64,000 bases of DNA from an uncultured Brevundimonas sp. Its GTDB lineage: Bacteria; Pseudomonadota; Alphaproteobacteria; Caulobacterales; Caulobacteraceae. Positions within the stretch are counted from its first letter, which is position 1. Each line of letters opens with the position of its first letter. Below the pieces are notes generated by a model, which saw nothing but the letters and a program-made list of their open reading frames with translations, made no database searches and was not told the origin of the DNA. Both the position numbers and the translations under genes were made by a program. The stretch is taken from positions 3,416 to 67,415 of the forward strand of contig NZ_CALMZS010000116.1 of NCBI RefSeq assembly GCF_937870815.1, in the 5' to 3' direction. Shown one piece after another: positions 52,458 to 62,091 of this stretch.

Positions 52458-53049
52458 GGCGCGGCCCGGCGGCCCCCTGGTCGCGCCCGAACACCCCGCA
52501 GGCGATGCGGTCGCCGCTGTCGCCGGCCGGGTCGGTCCTCTGGTCGTCGGCCAGGGCGTGGACGACGAGGGCGGAGCCGTCCGCGTCGAGCAGGCCGGCC
52601 AGGTCGCCGCCGGCCAGCCGGTATTCAAGGCTTCCGCGTCCGTCCTGGCCGACGGTCAGGTTCGGCATGTCGCCGGCGTGGGGGCCCTGCGGATTCTCCA
52701 GCCCGTGCCGGGCGTCGGCCGGATTCCAGTGGCCGCCGGCGCTCCCGAAGCCCGGGGCGTCGCAGCGCCCGGTCATATGCACATGAACGCCGTGGTCCCC
52801 CGGCGGGAGGCCCTCGGCCTGGACGGAGATCATCAGCCGGTCGCCGGCCGCCACGGCGGTGGCGCGGCCCGCCGCCGTCCCATCGGCCGTCCGCAGCGTG
52901 GCCGCGGCCCCGCCGGGGGCGGCGGCGGGCGCGGCGGCTTCGGGCGGGGCCGCGGCCGGGGCTTCGCCGGCCGGAGCCGTCGGTTCGGGCGAGCCGCAGC
53001 CCGCCACGGCGATCGTCAGGGCCGTCGCGGCCCGGGCCAGCCGGTTCAT
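52405..53049 (-). CDS. sodC: Periplasmic Cu,Zn superoxide dismutase, lipoprotein
   Basis: Lipobox IAVAGCG. Metal ligands GDHGVHVHMTGRC, GGHWNP, HAGDMPNL, LVVHALADD and DRIACGV. The C-terminal tail overlaps the convergent USP gene by 53 nt. Confidence 0.85.
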   Translation of the reverse strand: MNRLARAATALTIAVAGCGSPEPTAPAGEAPAAAPPEAAAPAAAPGGAAATLRTADGTAAGRATAVAAGDRLMISVQAEGLPPGDHGVHVHMTGRCDAPGFGSAGGHWNPADARHGLENPQGPHAGDMPNLTVGQDGRGSLEYRLAGGDLAGLLDADGSALVVHALADDQRTDPAGDSGDRIACGVFGRDQGAAGPRLSATPATGPADRGAGRG

Positions 53050-53134
53050 CAGGACCTCCACCTCATCGCTCGATCTCTCAAGGCGCGGGAAGCCGATCCG
53101 TTCCCGGGCCCGGACGGCGCCGCCGCCGCTCGAG

Positions 53135-53239
53135 CGCCGGGCCCTGACCAATTTCATCGGCAACGCCGTGGCCACCATCGTCGTGGCCGGGTGGGAGACG
53201 CGCCTTGCCCGCCGGCCGCGGAGCGGGCAGACAGCCGCC
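53135..53239 (+). pseudogene. Relic of the 3' end of a DctA-type dicarboxylate/amino-acid:cation symporter gene
   Basis: The frame reads RRALTNFIGNAVATIVVAGWETRLARRP. This matches the highly conserved DctA C-terminal block ([21 protein letters not shown]). Nothing DctA-like lies upstream. Confidence 0.45.
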
Positions 53240-53593
53240 ATGGCCTGCACCCTCTACGGCATCCCCAACTGCGACACGGTCCGGAAGGCGCGGACGTGGC
53301 TGGACCGGCGCGGCGTCGCCCATGGCTTCCACGACTACAGGAAGGCCGGGATCGACCGCGCGCGGCTGGAAGGCTGGGTGGCCGAGCACGGCTGGGAGAC
53401 GGTGCTGAACCGGGCCGGCACGACCTTCAGGAAGCTGTCCGACGGCGACAAGGCCGGTCTCGACGCAGCCAAGGCGATCGACCTGATGCTGGCGCAGCCG
53501 TCGATGATCAAACGGCCGGTGCTGGACCTCGGCGACCGGACGCTGGTGGGCTTCAAGCCCGAGCTTTACGAAGCGGCCTTCGGCCCGGTTTGA
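53240..53593 (+). CDS. ArsC/Spx-family (YffB-like) reductase
   Basis: The N-terminus is MACTLYGIPNCDTVRKARTWLDRRGVAHGFHDYRK. The conserved C-terminal block SMIKRPVL is present. Confidence 0.85.
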   Translation: MACTLYGIPNCDTVRKARTWLDRRGVAHGFHDYRKAGIDRARLEGWVAEHGWETVLNRAGTTFRKLSDGDKAGLDAAKAIDLMLAQPSMIKRPVLDLGDRTLVGFKPELYEAAFGPV

Positions 53594-53641
53594 GCCGGCG
53601 TCCACGGCGGCCATGGACCCTCTCCCGCCGGGAGGGGGCCG

Positions 53642-55921
53642 CTATCGGGTCAGGGTGAACTGCGCCGCCTCGCCCGCCTGGGCGTTCGGGGCCAGCCAGA
53701 CGTCGAACAGGCCGGGCTCCACGGTCGGCGTCAGGTCCGGCCCGAGGAACTGCAGATCGGCGAAGGTCAGCGGCAGGCTGACCTCGACCGAACCTCCGGC
53801 CGGCACGGTGACGCGCTGGAACCCCTTCAGCAGCCGCGCCGGCTGGGTGATCGAGGCGGCGCGGTCGCGGATGTAGAGCTGCACCACTTCCGACGCCTCG
53901 CGCGAGCCGCCGTTGGTCAGGGTCACCGAGACGGTGATCCCGCCGTCCCAGGCCATGGTCGGCGCCGACAGCCGCACCGCCGAATACGCCACCGGCGCAT
54001 AGGTCAGGCCGTGGCCGAACGGATAGAGGGCGGCGTTCGCGGTCTCCCTGAACTGGGCCTTGAATTCGTCGCCGCGGGACGCGGCCGGCCGGCCGGTGGT
54101 CTTGCGCGCATAGTAGTAGGGCGACTGGCCCGAGAAATGCGGGAAGCTGACCGGCAGCCGCCCGGTCGGGGCATGGTCGCCGAACAGCACGTCGGCGACG
54201 GCGTTCCCCGTCTCCGAGCCCAGGAACCAGGTCGCCAGTATGGCCGGCGCGTCCTTGACCGCGCCCGCCAGAGCCAGCGCCCGGCCGTTGCGCAGGATGA
54301 CCACGACCGGCTTGCCCGTCGCCGCCACCGCTTCGGCCAGGGCCAGCTGCGGTCCGGGAATGACGATATCGACGCGGGACTGGGCCTCGGCCGACATCGC
54401 GCCCGACTCGCCGACGGCCAGCAGGACGACATCGGCCTGGGCCGCCGCCAGCACGGCCGCCTCGATCCCGCCGGCGATCGGCGCCTCGACGTCCGAGCCC
54501 TTGACCACGGTCAGGCTGGAGCCGTCGCCCAGCGCCGCGCGCAGGCCCTGTTCCAGAGACACCGCCAGCTTCTCGTCCTTGAAGATCGACCACGGGCCGA
54601 ACAGGTCGCTCCTGTCCGCCCCGAACGGCCCGATCAGGGCGTAGCGTTTGCCCGTTTTCGACAGCGGCAGCAGGCCGCCCTCGTTCTTCAGCATCACGAT
54701 CGACCTGCGCCCGGCCTCGCGCGCCAGGGCCAGATGCTCGCGGCTGCCGCTGACCCGCCGTTCGGTCCGCACGTCCGAGCCGCGATACGGATTGTCGAAC
54801 AGGCCCAGCGCCGCCTTGGTCATCAACACCCGCCGCACCGCCTCGTCCACGCGCGCCAGCGGCACATCGCCGGACTGCACCAGTTCGGGGATGTGTTTGA
54901 TGTAGAGGCCGCTCCGCATCGACATGTCGACGCCGGCCATCAGCGCCAGCCGCGCCGCGTCGCGGCCGTCGGCGGCGTAGCCGTGGGCGATCAGCTCCTC
55001 CTCCGAGGTATAGTCCGAGACCACGAAGCCGGCGAAACCCCACTCGCCGCGCAACAGTTCGGTCAGCAGCCATCCATTGCCGCTGGCCGGCACGCCGTTC
55101 AGGTCGTTGAAGGCGCTCATCGTCGACAGGGCGCCGGCGTCGAACGCCGCCTTGTACGGCGGCAGATAGACCGAGCGCAGCTCCAGCTCGCTCATGTCGG
55201 TGGAATTATAGTCCAGGCCGGCCTCGGCCGCGCCATAGGCGGCGAAATGCTTGGGCGTGGCCAGCAGCGAGGACCAGTGCTTCAGGTCGTCGCCCTGGAA
55301 GCCGCGGGTCCGCGCGGCCGCGAACAGCCGGCCCAGCAGCACGTCCTCGCCGGCGCCCTCGACCACCCGGCCCCAGCGCTGGTCGCGGCCGATGTCCACC
55401 ATCGGCGCATAGGTCTGGTGCACGCCCGAGGCCCCGCCCTCGACGGCGGCTGCCCGCGCCGTGCGCCGCGCCAGCTCCGGGTCCCAGCTGGCCGCCTCGC
55501 CCAGCGGTACGGGAAAGGTGGTGCGCAGGCCGTGGATGATGTCGGCGGCGAACAGCAGCGGGATGCCCATCCGGCTCTCCGCGACCGCCATCTGCTGCAT
55601 CAGCCGGGCGCCGCCCGCGCCCACGCCGTTGAACAGGGCGCCGATCCGCCCGGCCCGGATGTCGGCGGCGGCGGCGCTCTGATCGGGGCTGAAGTCGTCG
55701 GGGTTCACCCCTTCGGGCCGCCAGCGGAAGGGATCGTTCTGCAGGTTCAGCTGGCCGGCCTTCTCCTCGATCGTCATGCGCGCGATCAGGGCGTCGACCC
55801 GCTCAAGGTCGGCCCGGGCCTGCGCCGCCGCGATCCGCGGCGCCATTATCAGGCCGGCGGCCAGAGCGCCCCCGGCCAGAAGGCTGCGGCGGGTCGGAGC
55901 GGGGAAGGGCGGAGGGCGCAT
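53642..55921 (-). CDS. Periplasmic GH3 beta-glucosidase (BglX-like)
   Basis: Tat signal TRRSLLAGGALAAGLIMAPRIAAAQA. GH3 blocks KAGQLN, DIIHG, KHFAAYGA and GFVVSDY. C-terminal FnIII-like domain. Confidence 0.9.
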   Translation of the reverse strand: MRPPPFPAPTRRSLLAGGALAAGLIMAPRIAAAQARADLERVDALIARMTIEEKAGQLNLQNDPFRWRPEGVNPDDFSPDQSAAAADIRAGRIGALFNGVGAGGARLMQQMAVAESRMGIPLLFAADIIHGLRTTFPVPLGEAASWDPELARRTARAAAVEGGASGVHQTYAPMVDIGRDQRWGRVVEGAGEDVLLGRLFAAARTRGFQGDDLKHWSSLLATPKHFAAYGAAEAGLDYNSTDMSELELRSVYLPPYKAAFDAGALSTMSAFNDLNGVPASGNGWLLTELLRGEWGFAGFVVSDYTSEEELIAHGYAADGRDAARLALMAGVDMSMRSGLYIKHIPELVQSGDVPLARVDEAVRRVLMTKAALGLFDNPYRGSDVRTERRVSGSREHLALAREAGRRSIVMLKNEGGLLPLSKTGKRYALIGPFGADRSDLFGPWSIFKDEKLAVSLEQGLRAALGDGSSLTVVKGSDVEAPIAGGIEAAVLAAAQADVVLLAVGESGAMSAEAQSRVDIVIPGPQLALAEAVAATGKPVVVILRNGRALALAGAVKDAPAILATWFLGSETGNAVADVLFGDHAPTGRLPVSFPHFSGQSPYYYARKTTGRPAASRGDEFKAQFRETANAALYPFGHGLTYAPVAYSAVRLSAPTMAWDGGITVSVTLTNGGSREASEVVQLYIRDRAASITQPARLLKGFQRVTVPAGGSVEVSLPLTFADLQFLGPDLTPTVEPGLFDVWLAPNAQAGEAAQFTLTR

Positions 55922-56044
55922 GTAACCGGTTCCAGTTGAGGGACTGTGCAGGACTAAACGGCGCGGCGTCCCGCGCCTACCCTTAATCGATCACAAAGCG
56001 TTGCGCTGTCGGGCGCCCGACGCGGGAGCGCGGTCGCGGCGGAG

Positions 56045-56284
56045 TCAGCCCTCGACGTCGGTCTCCGGCCGATCGTGGCCGTCGGCGCGCTCGGTGATCC
56101 AGCGCCCCGAGGCGTCGGCGTATTCGATCAGGGAATCCTCGTCCGGCACCTTCTGCTCGCGCGCGGCGGCGGCGGCGGCGGCCCGCGCCGAGTCGTGATC
56201 CGGATAGGTCTCGGAGAAGGTGTCGCCCAGCCGGTAGGCCCAGCCTCCGTCGTGCTCGACGATGCGATAGGTGACCTGGACCAT
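56045..56284 (-). CDS. Small DUF2188-like protein
   Basis: MVQVTYRIVEHDGGWAYRLGDTFSETYPDHDSA. SD GGAGAG before the ATG at 56284. Confidence 0.55.
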   Translation of the reverse strand: MVQVTYRIVEHDGGWAYRLGDTFSETYPDHDSARAAAAAAAREQKVPDEDSLIEYADASGRWITERADGHDRPETDVEG

Positions 56285-56469
56285 GGGCGCTCTCCGGCGG
56301 GACATTCGGACCTCGACAGGGGAGCGAACGCGGCGCAGGCGGTGCAGTTGCAGGCCGCGGCCCGCGGTTTCGCCCGCCTTGCGAAGGTTTCGCCCGTCGC
56401 CGCGGCCGGATCGAGGGATGACGCTCCGGCCGCGCGCGCCTATCTAGGGCCGGAACAGGAGGCCCGTCC

Positions 56470-57306
56470 ATGTCCAGCCACACGCCGGAAACCGTCCGCC
56501 GCCTCGCCGCCCCGGACATCCGCGCCCGCAAGGGCACAAACCCGATCGTCTGCCTGACCGCCTATGACGCCCCGACCGCCGCCCTGCTGGACGAGCACTG
56601 CGACCTGCTGCTGGTCGGCGACAGCGTCGGCATGGTGGTCCATGGCCTGCCCAACACCGTCGGCGTGACGCTGGAGATGATGATCCTGCACGGCCAGGCG
56701 GTGATGCGCGGCTCGAAACGGGCCATGGTCGTCATCGACATGCCGTTCGGCTCCTACGAGGCCGGCAAGGAGCAGGCCTACGAGAACTGCGCCCGGGTCA
56801 TGAAGGAGACCGGCGCCCAGGGGGTCAAGCTGGAGAGCGGCCCGACCGTGGCCGAGACCATCGCCTATCTGGTCCAGCGCGGCATTCCGGTCATGGGACA
56901 CGTCGGCCTGCGCCCCCAGGCGGTGCTGACCGACGGCGGCTTCAAGGCCAGGGGGCGCACCGACGAGGAGCGGCTGCGGGTGATGTCCGAGGCCGAGGCC
57001 ACCGCCGACGCCGGGGCCTTCGCCATCGTCATCGAGGGGGTCGCCGAAGGCCTGGCCCGCGACATCACCGCGGCGGTCGACAAGCCGACCATCGGCATCG
57101 GGGCCTCGGCCGCCTGCGACGGCCAGATCCTCGTCACTCCCGACATGCTCGGCCTGTTCGACTGGACGCCCCGGTTCGTGCGCCGCTACGCCGACCTGCG
57201 CGCCGAGATCGGCCGGGCCGTCGGCGCCTACGCCGAGGACGTCAAGGCCCGCCGTTTTCCTGCCGAAGTCGAGACCTACTTCTCGAAAAAGCCGGTTTCA
57301 CCGTAA
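56470..57306 (+). CDS. panB: 3-methyl-2-oxobutanoate hydroxymethyltransferase
   Basis: Conserved PanB blocks are present: [53 protein letters not shown] and [11 protein letters not shown]. Confidence 0.9.
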   Translation: MSSHTPETVRRLAAPDIRARKGTNPIVCLTAYDAPTAALLDEHCDLLLVGDSVGMVVHGLPNTVGVTLEMMILHGQAVMRGSKRAMVVIDMPFGSYEAGKEQAYENCARVMKETGAQGVKLESGPTVAETIAYLVQRGIPVMGHVGLRPQAVLTDGGFKARGRTDEERLRVMSEAEATADAGAFAIVIEGVAEGLARDITAAVDKPTIGIGASAACDGQILVTPDMLGLFDWTPRFVRRYADLRAEIGRAVGAYAEDVKARRFPAEVETYFSKKPVSP

Positions 57307-57385
57307 AGGCCGCGTTGCGGCGCGGGAAACGAGTCTCTAGGGTCCGGCCGGTTGGATTTTCTGCGACTTTTGGGGCGACGCTACC

Positions 57386-58144
57386 GTGGTTGATGTCTTC
57401 GATCAGGTCGAGGAGGAGCTTCGCTCCGATCGATACAAGCGGCTGGCCCGCACCTGGCTGCCGGTCATCGGCGGCATCCTTCTCGTCGCCCTGATCTCCG
57501 CCCTGGCGTGGTGGGGCTGGCAGAAGATGGAGACCTCGAAGGCCGACAAGGCCTCGATCGCCTATCAGCGCGGCCTCGAATCGCTGGAGGCGGACAATCT
57601 GGTCGGGGCCGACGCGGCCTTCGCCCAGGCGGCCGGGGAGGGCAATGCGGCCTACCGGTCGATGGCCCTGCAGCATCGCGCCGGCATCGCCGTGCGGCAG
57701 AACCGCATCCCCGCCGCCGTGGAGCTGTTCGACGAGGCGGCCGGGGCCGCGCGCGATCCCCTGCTGCGCGACGTGGCGGCCTTCAAGGCGGCCCTGCACC
57801 TGATGGACACCGCCAGCCTCGAGGACGTCCAGGCCCGGCTCGAGCCGCTGACCGAAGAGGGCCGGCCGTTCCGCGCCTTCGCGCGCGAGGCCCTCGCCAT
57901 GGCCCAGCTGCAGCACGGCAGGACGGCCGAGGCCCGCTCGACCCTGGTGGTCCTCAAGAACAGTCTGGACACCCCGCGGGAGATCGGCCAGCGCGCCGAC
58001 CTGACCCTGTCCTCGATCGAGGACGGCACGGCGTCCAACCTCGCGGCCATCACCGCGGCCATGGCCGAACTGGAGGCGTCGGTCGCCCGCGCCGCCGCCG
58101 CGCCGCGGCCCCAGACCGCGCCCGCCGCCCCGGCCCGCCCGTGA
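57386..58144 (+). CDS. YfgM-like TPR/membrane-anchored protein
   Basis: The N-terminal EEELRSDRYKRLARTW is followed by a TM segment (LPVIGGILLVALISALAWWGW). TPR-like helices follow. It sits in the conserved position before bamB-der. Confidence 0.7.
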   Translation: MVDVFDQVEEELRSDRYKRLARTWLPVIGGILLVALISALAWWGWQKMETSKADKASIAYQRGLESLEADNLVGADAAFAQAAGEGNAAYRSMALQHRAGIAVRQNRIPAAVELFDEAAGAARDPLLRDVAAFKAALHLMDTASLEDVQARLEPLTEEGRPFRAFAREALAMAQLQHGRTAEARSTLVVLKNSLDTPREIGQRADLTLSSIEDGTASNLAAITAAMAELEASVARAAAAPRPQTAPAAPARP

Positions 58145-58167
58145 ACCCCGCTTTCAGGACATCCTCC

Positions 58168-59589
58168 ATGAATCGCGTGCTCAAAGTCGCCCTGCTGTGC
58201 GGTCTCGCCGTCACCGTCGCCTCGTGCGGCACGGTCCGGCGGGCCCTGCCCTTCGGCCTCGGCGGCCAGGATGCGCCCCAGGTCACGGCGACCGAGGGCC
58301 AGCGCGTCTCGGTGCTGGAGTTCGAGCAGCAGCTGACCCCGTCGGCGGCCCTGTCGGGCCGGGAATTCTTCCTGCCCGGCCCGCAACCGGCCACCGCCTG
58401 GACCCAGCCCGGCGGCAACGCCGAGAACGCGGTCGAGCATGTCGCCGCCGCCGAAGGCTTCACCGTGGCCTGGCGCCGGGACATCGGGGCCGGATCGTCC
58501 GACACCCGCCAGGTGATGGCGCCGGTGGTGGCCGACGGCGGCCGCGTCTTCGTCCTCGACGGCGAAGCCACCGTCACGGCCGTCGACTCGGCCAGCGGCT
58601 CGGTCGCCTGGAAGGTCAACGTCAAGCCGGACGAACCGGAGTTCCGGCGGGGGCTGCTCGACTTCGGCTTCGGCGGCGGCTCGACCGGCGGCGGCTTCGG
58701 CGGCGGCGTCGCCGCCGGCGGCGGCAAGGTCTTCATCGCCTCGGGCTACCGCACCGTCAGCGCCGTCGACCAGACCAGCGGCGCCCTGCTGTGGACCACC
58801 CCCGTCGACGTGCCGGTCCACGGCGCCCCGACGGTGGCCGGCTCGCGGGTCTATGTCGTCGACGTCGAGAACCAGCTGTACGCCTTCGACGCGGACACCG
58901 GCCGGCAGGTCTGGACCTACCGCGGCATTCCCGAGCCGGCCCGCATCATGCGCGCCTCCAGCCCGGCGGTGACCGGCGACACGGTGATCGCGCCATTCTC
59001 GTCCGGCGAGCTGATCGCCCTGCGCGCCTCGACGGGCCAGCCGGTGTGGCAGCAGGTGTTGTCGCGCACCAGCCGGACCAGCGCCCTGTCCGAGATCCGC
59101 GACATCGCCGGGCGGCCGGTGGTCAGCCGCGGCGTTGTCTACGGCGTCGGCCATTCGGGCCTGATGTCGGCCATCGACGTCCGCACCGGCCAGCCGAAAT
59201 GGCAACTGCCCGTGTCCGGCGTCAACGCGCCGCTGCCGGCCGGGGACGTGGTCTATGTCGTGTCCAAGAGCGGCGAACTGACCGTGATCAACCGCGAGTC
59301 GGGGCAGGTCTACTGGACCCGCGACCTCAACGAGGGCCGGACCCGTCAGGAAGGCGGCTTCTTCGGCTTCTTCGACCGCACCGTGCGCCCGGTGTGGGCC
59401 GGGCCGCTGCTGGCCTCGAACCGGCTGGTGCTGGCCAATTCCGACGGCGAGCTGGTGGCCTTCGACCCGCGGACGGGGGTGCAGACCGCCTCCCTGCGCC
59501 TGGGCGGCCCGGCCTTCATCGCCCCGGCCGCCTACAACGGCGCCCTCTACGTCCTCACCGACCGGGGCCAGCTGGTCAGCATTCGCTGA
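58168..59589 (+). CDS. bamB: Outer-membrane assembly lipoprotein BamB (PQQ-like beta-propeller)
   Basis: Lipobox LAVTVASCG. Repeated propeller blades (GRVFVLDGEATVTAVDSASGSVAWK, GSRVYVVDVENQLYAFDADTGRQVW, and so on). Confidence 0.8.
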   Translation: MNRVLKVALLCGLAVTVASCGTVRRALPFGLGGQDAPQVTATEGQRVSVLEFEQQLTPSAALSGREFFLPGPQPATAWTQPGGNAENAVEHVAAAEGFTVAWRRDIGAGSSDTRQVMAPVVADGGRVFVLDGEATVTAVDSASGSVAWKVNVKPDEPEFRRGLLDFGFGGGSTGGGFGGGVAAGGGKVFIASGYRTVSAVDQTSGALLWTTPVDVPVHGAPTVAGSRVYVVDVENQLYAFDADTGRQVWTYRGIPEPARIMRASSPAVTGDTVIAPFSSGELIALRASTGQPVWQQVLSRTSRTSALSEIRDIAGRPVVSRGVVYGVGHSGLMSAIDVRTGQPKWQLPVSGVNAPLPAGDVVYVVSKSGELTVINRESGQVYWTRDLNEGRTRQEGGFFGFFDRTVRPVWAGPLLASNRLVLANSDGELVAFDPRTGVQTASLRLGGPAFIAPAAYNGALYVLTDRGQLVSIR

Positions 59590-59621
59590 CCGATCGCCCC
59601 AATCTGCGTTAGAAGGCCGAC

Positions 59622-61244
59622 ATGGCTCTCAAGGTCGCCATCGTCGGTCGCCCCAATGTGGGCAAGTCGACCCTGTTCAACCGCCTCGTCGGCAAGCGCC
59701 TGGCGCTGGTCGACGACCGGCCGGGCGTGACCCGCGACCGTCGCTACGCCGACGGCGCCATCGGCGACATGGACCTGACGCTGATCGACACCGCCGGCTA
59801 TGAGGACGTCACCGACGAGAGCCTCGAATCGCGGATGCGCGAACAGACCGAGGCGGCGCTGGAAGACGCCGACCTGATCCTGTTCATGATGGACGCCCGC
59901 GAGGGGGTCACGGCGCTGGATCGCATCTTCGCCGACCGTCTGAGGCGCCAGCACAAGCCGGTCATCCTGCTGGCCAACAAGTCCGAGAGCCGCGAGTCGG
60001 GCGGCGGCATCGGCGAGGCCTACGGCCTGGGCTTCGGCGAACCCGTGGCCATCTCGGCCGAGCACGGCGAGGGCATGGCCGATCTCTACGCCGCTGTCGT
60101 CACGGCCAGCGCCGACATCTTCATCGAGGAGGTCGACGAGCCCGACAAGCCGATCCGCATCGCCATCATCGGCCGGCCCAACGCCGGCAAGTCGACCCTG
60201 ATCAACCGCCTGATCGGCGAAGACCGCATGCTGACCGGCCCCGAGGCCGGCATCACCCGCGACTCCATCTCGGTCGACTGGGAATACGAAGGCCACAACA
60301 TCCGCCTGGTCGACACCGCCGGCATGCGCCGCAAGGCCCGGGTCCAGGAAAAGCTGGAGAAGCTGTCGGTCGCCGACACCATCCGCGCCATCACCTTCGC
60401 CGAGGTGGTGGTTCTGGTCATGGACAAGGACGACGCCTTCGACACCCAGGACCTGCAGCTGGCCGACCTGGTCGAGCGCGAGGGCCGGGCCCTGGTCTAT
60501 GTCGCCGCCAAATGGGACCTCGAGACCGAGCCGCAGGCGCGCCTCGCCAAACTCCAGCAGATGGCCGGGGACAAGCTGCCCCAGCTGAAGGGCTCGCCCT
60601 TCGTCGCCCTGTCGGCGCACAGCGGCCGCGGCGTCGAGCGGCTGATGCCCGCCGTGCTCCAGGCCCACGCCACCTGGTCGGTCAAGGTCAAGACCAAGGA
60701 TCTGAACACCTGGCTGGCCCTGGCCACCCAGAGGCATCCGCCCCCCGCCGTCGACGGCAAGCGGATCAAGCCCAAATACATGGCCCAGACCAAGGCCCGG
60801 CCGCCGACCTTCGTTCTGATGGCCAGCCGCGCCGAGGCCATGCCCGAGCAGTACAAACGCTATCTGGTCAACAGCCTGCGCGAATCCTTCGACTTGCCGG
60901 GCACGCCGATCCGCCTGCTGGTCAAGTCGGGCAGCGAAAACCCCTATGCGCCCGGCGGCGCCAAGTCCGGCCCCGAACGCTACAAGGGTGATGCGAAAAC
61001 CGCGCCGCGCCGCGTCATCAAGAAGGCCGAGCGCGAGGACCGCCTGTCCAGCCTGCCCGGCAAGGCGCTGGAGCAGAAGAAGGCCGGCAAGGGCAGGATC
61101 AAACCCTTGGCTGGCCTCAAGTCGAGCGCCAACAAGAAGGCGGGCTCGTCCGTCGCCGTCCAGAAGGGCGCCCGCGGCGGGGCGAGGCAGGTGTCGCGCT
61201 CAGGCCGGGTGCGGACGGGGCAGAAGCACGCGCCGAAGAAGTAG
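59622..61244 (+). CDS. der: Ribosome-biogenesis GTPase Der (EngA) with a basic C-terminal tail
   Basis: Two GTPase domains (GRPNVGKSTLFN and GRPNAGKSTLIN; DTAG twice; NKSE / AKWD), a KH-like domain, then a roughly 90-aa Lys/Arg/Gly/Ala tail. Confidence 0.9.
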   Translation: MALKVAIVGRPNVGKSTLFNRLVGKRLALVDDRPGVTRDRRYADGAIGDMDLTLIDTAGYEDVTDESLESRMREQTEAALEDADLILFMMDAREGVTALDRIFADRLRRQHKPVILLANKSESRESGGGIGEAYGLGFGEPVAISAEHGEGMADLYAAVVTASADIFIEEVDEPDKPIRIAIIGRPNAGKSTLINRLIGEDRMLTGPEAGITRDSISVDWEYEGHNIRLVDTAGMRRKARVQEKLEKLSVADTIRAITFAEVVVLVMDKDDAFDTQDLQLADLVEREGRALVYVAAKWDLETEPQARLAKLQQMAGDKLPQLKGSPFVALSAHSGRGVERLMPAVLQAHATWSVKVKTKDLNTWLALATQRHPPPAVDGKRIKPKYMAQTKARPPTFVLMASRAEAMPEQYKRYLVNSLRESFDLPGTPIRLLVKSGSENPYAPGGAKSGPERYKGDAKTAPRRVIKKAEREDRLSSLPGKALEQKKAGKGRIKPLAGLKSSANKKAGSSVAVQKGARGGARQVSRSGRVRTGQKHAPKK

Positions 61245-61262
61245 GCGGGCAGGCGATTACGC

Positions 61263-62033
61263 TCAGACCAGGGCCGCCCCGCCCGGCCCCGCGCTCCAGT
61301 CCCTGAACTTCACCTCCAGCGGGGGCTCCATGTCCCCGCGCGCCAGCTCGACCACCAGCGGGCCGATGGCCGAGGGATGCGTCACCGTCTCCGGGGCCTC
61401 GCCCGGATAGGCCTGGGCCCGCAGCCGGGTGCGCATCCGGCCCGGGTCGACGATCGAGACGCGGATCGGCGTCGACTCGATCTCGTCGGCCCAGCATTTC
61501 ATCAGCGTCTCGGCCCCGGCCTTGGTCGCGGCGTATGCGCCCCAGAAGGCTTTCGGCGCGTGCGCCACGCTGGTCGTCACATGGATCACCCGCCCGGCGT
61601 TCGAGGCCTTCAGCAGCGGCTCCAGCGAGCGGATCAGGCGGTAGACGGCGGTGAAATTGGTCTTCTCGACCTTGGCGAAGCCGCGCGGATCGGCGTGGCT
61701 GACCGGCGTCAGCCCCTCGGCGCCCATGGTCGCCGCCGCCTGCACCCAGATGTCCAGCCGCCCGAAGCGCTCGAAGATGGCCCCGCCCAGCCGGTCGATG
61801 GCCCCGCCGTCGACCAGATCGAACGGGATCAGGGTCGCGTGCGCGCCGGTGGCGGCGAAGACGGCGTCGTCCAGATCCTCCAGCCCGCCCTGGGTTCGGG
61901 CCGTGGCGATCACATGCGCCCCGGCCCTGGCCAGCGCCAGGGCGCTCTCGTAGCCGATGCCGCGCGAGGCCCCGACGACGAGGGCGATGCGGTCCTTGAG
62001 GGGGAGGTCGGTCATGGCGCGGTTGGTAGGCAT
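61263..62033 (-). CDS. SDR-family oxidoreductase
   Basis: LVVGASRGIGYESALALARAGAHV carries the Rossmann motif, and YAATKAG carries YxxxK. The start is uncertain (62033, 62015 or 62108). Confidence 0.75.
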   Translation of the reverse strand: MPTNRAMTDLPLKDRIALVVGASRGIGYESALALARAGAHVIATARTQGGLEDLDDAVFAATGAHATLIPFDLVDGGAIDRLGGAIFERFGRLDIWVQAAATMGAEGLTPVSHADPRGFAKVEKTNFTAVYRLIRSLEPLLKASNAGRVIHVTTSVAHAPKAFWGAYAATKAGAETLMKCWADEIESTPIRVSIVDPGRMRTRLRAQAYPGEAPETVTHPSAIGPLVVELARGDMEPPLEVKFRDWSAGPGGAALV

Positions 62034-62091
62034 GGCGCCGCGCGGGGTCAATGTGTTACATTGCGATACGAGACCGCATGGGAGATGGACG

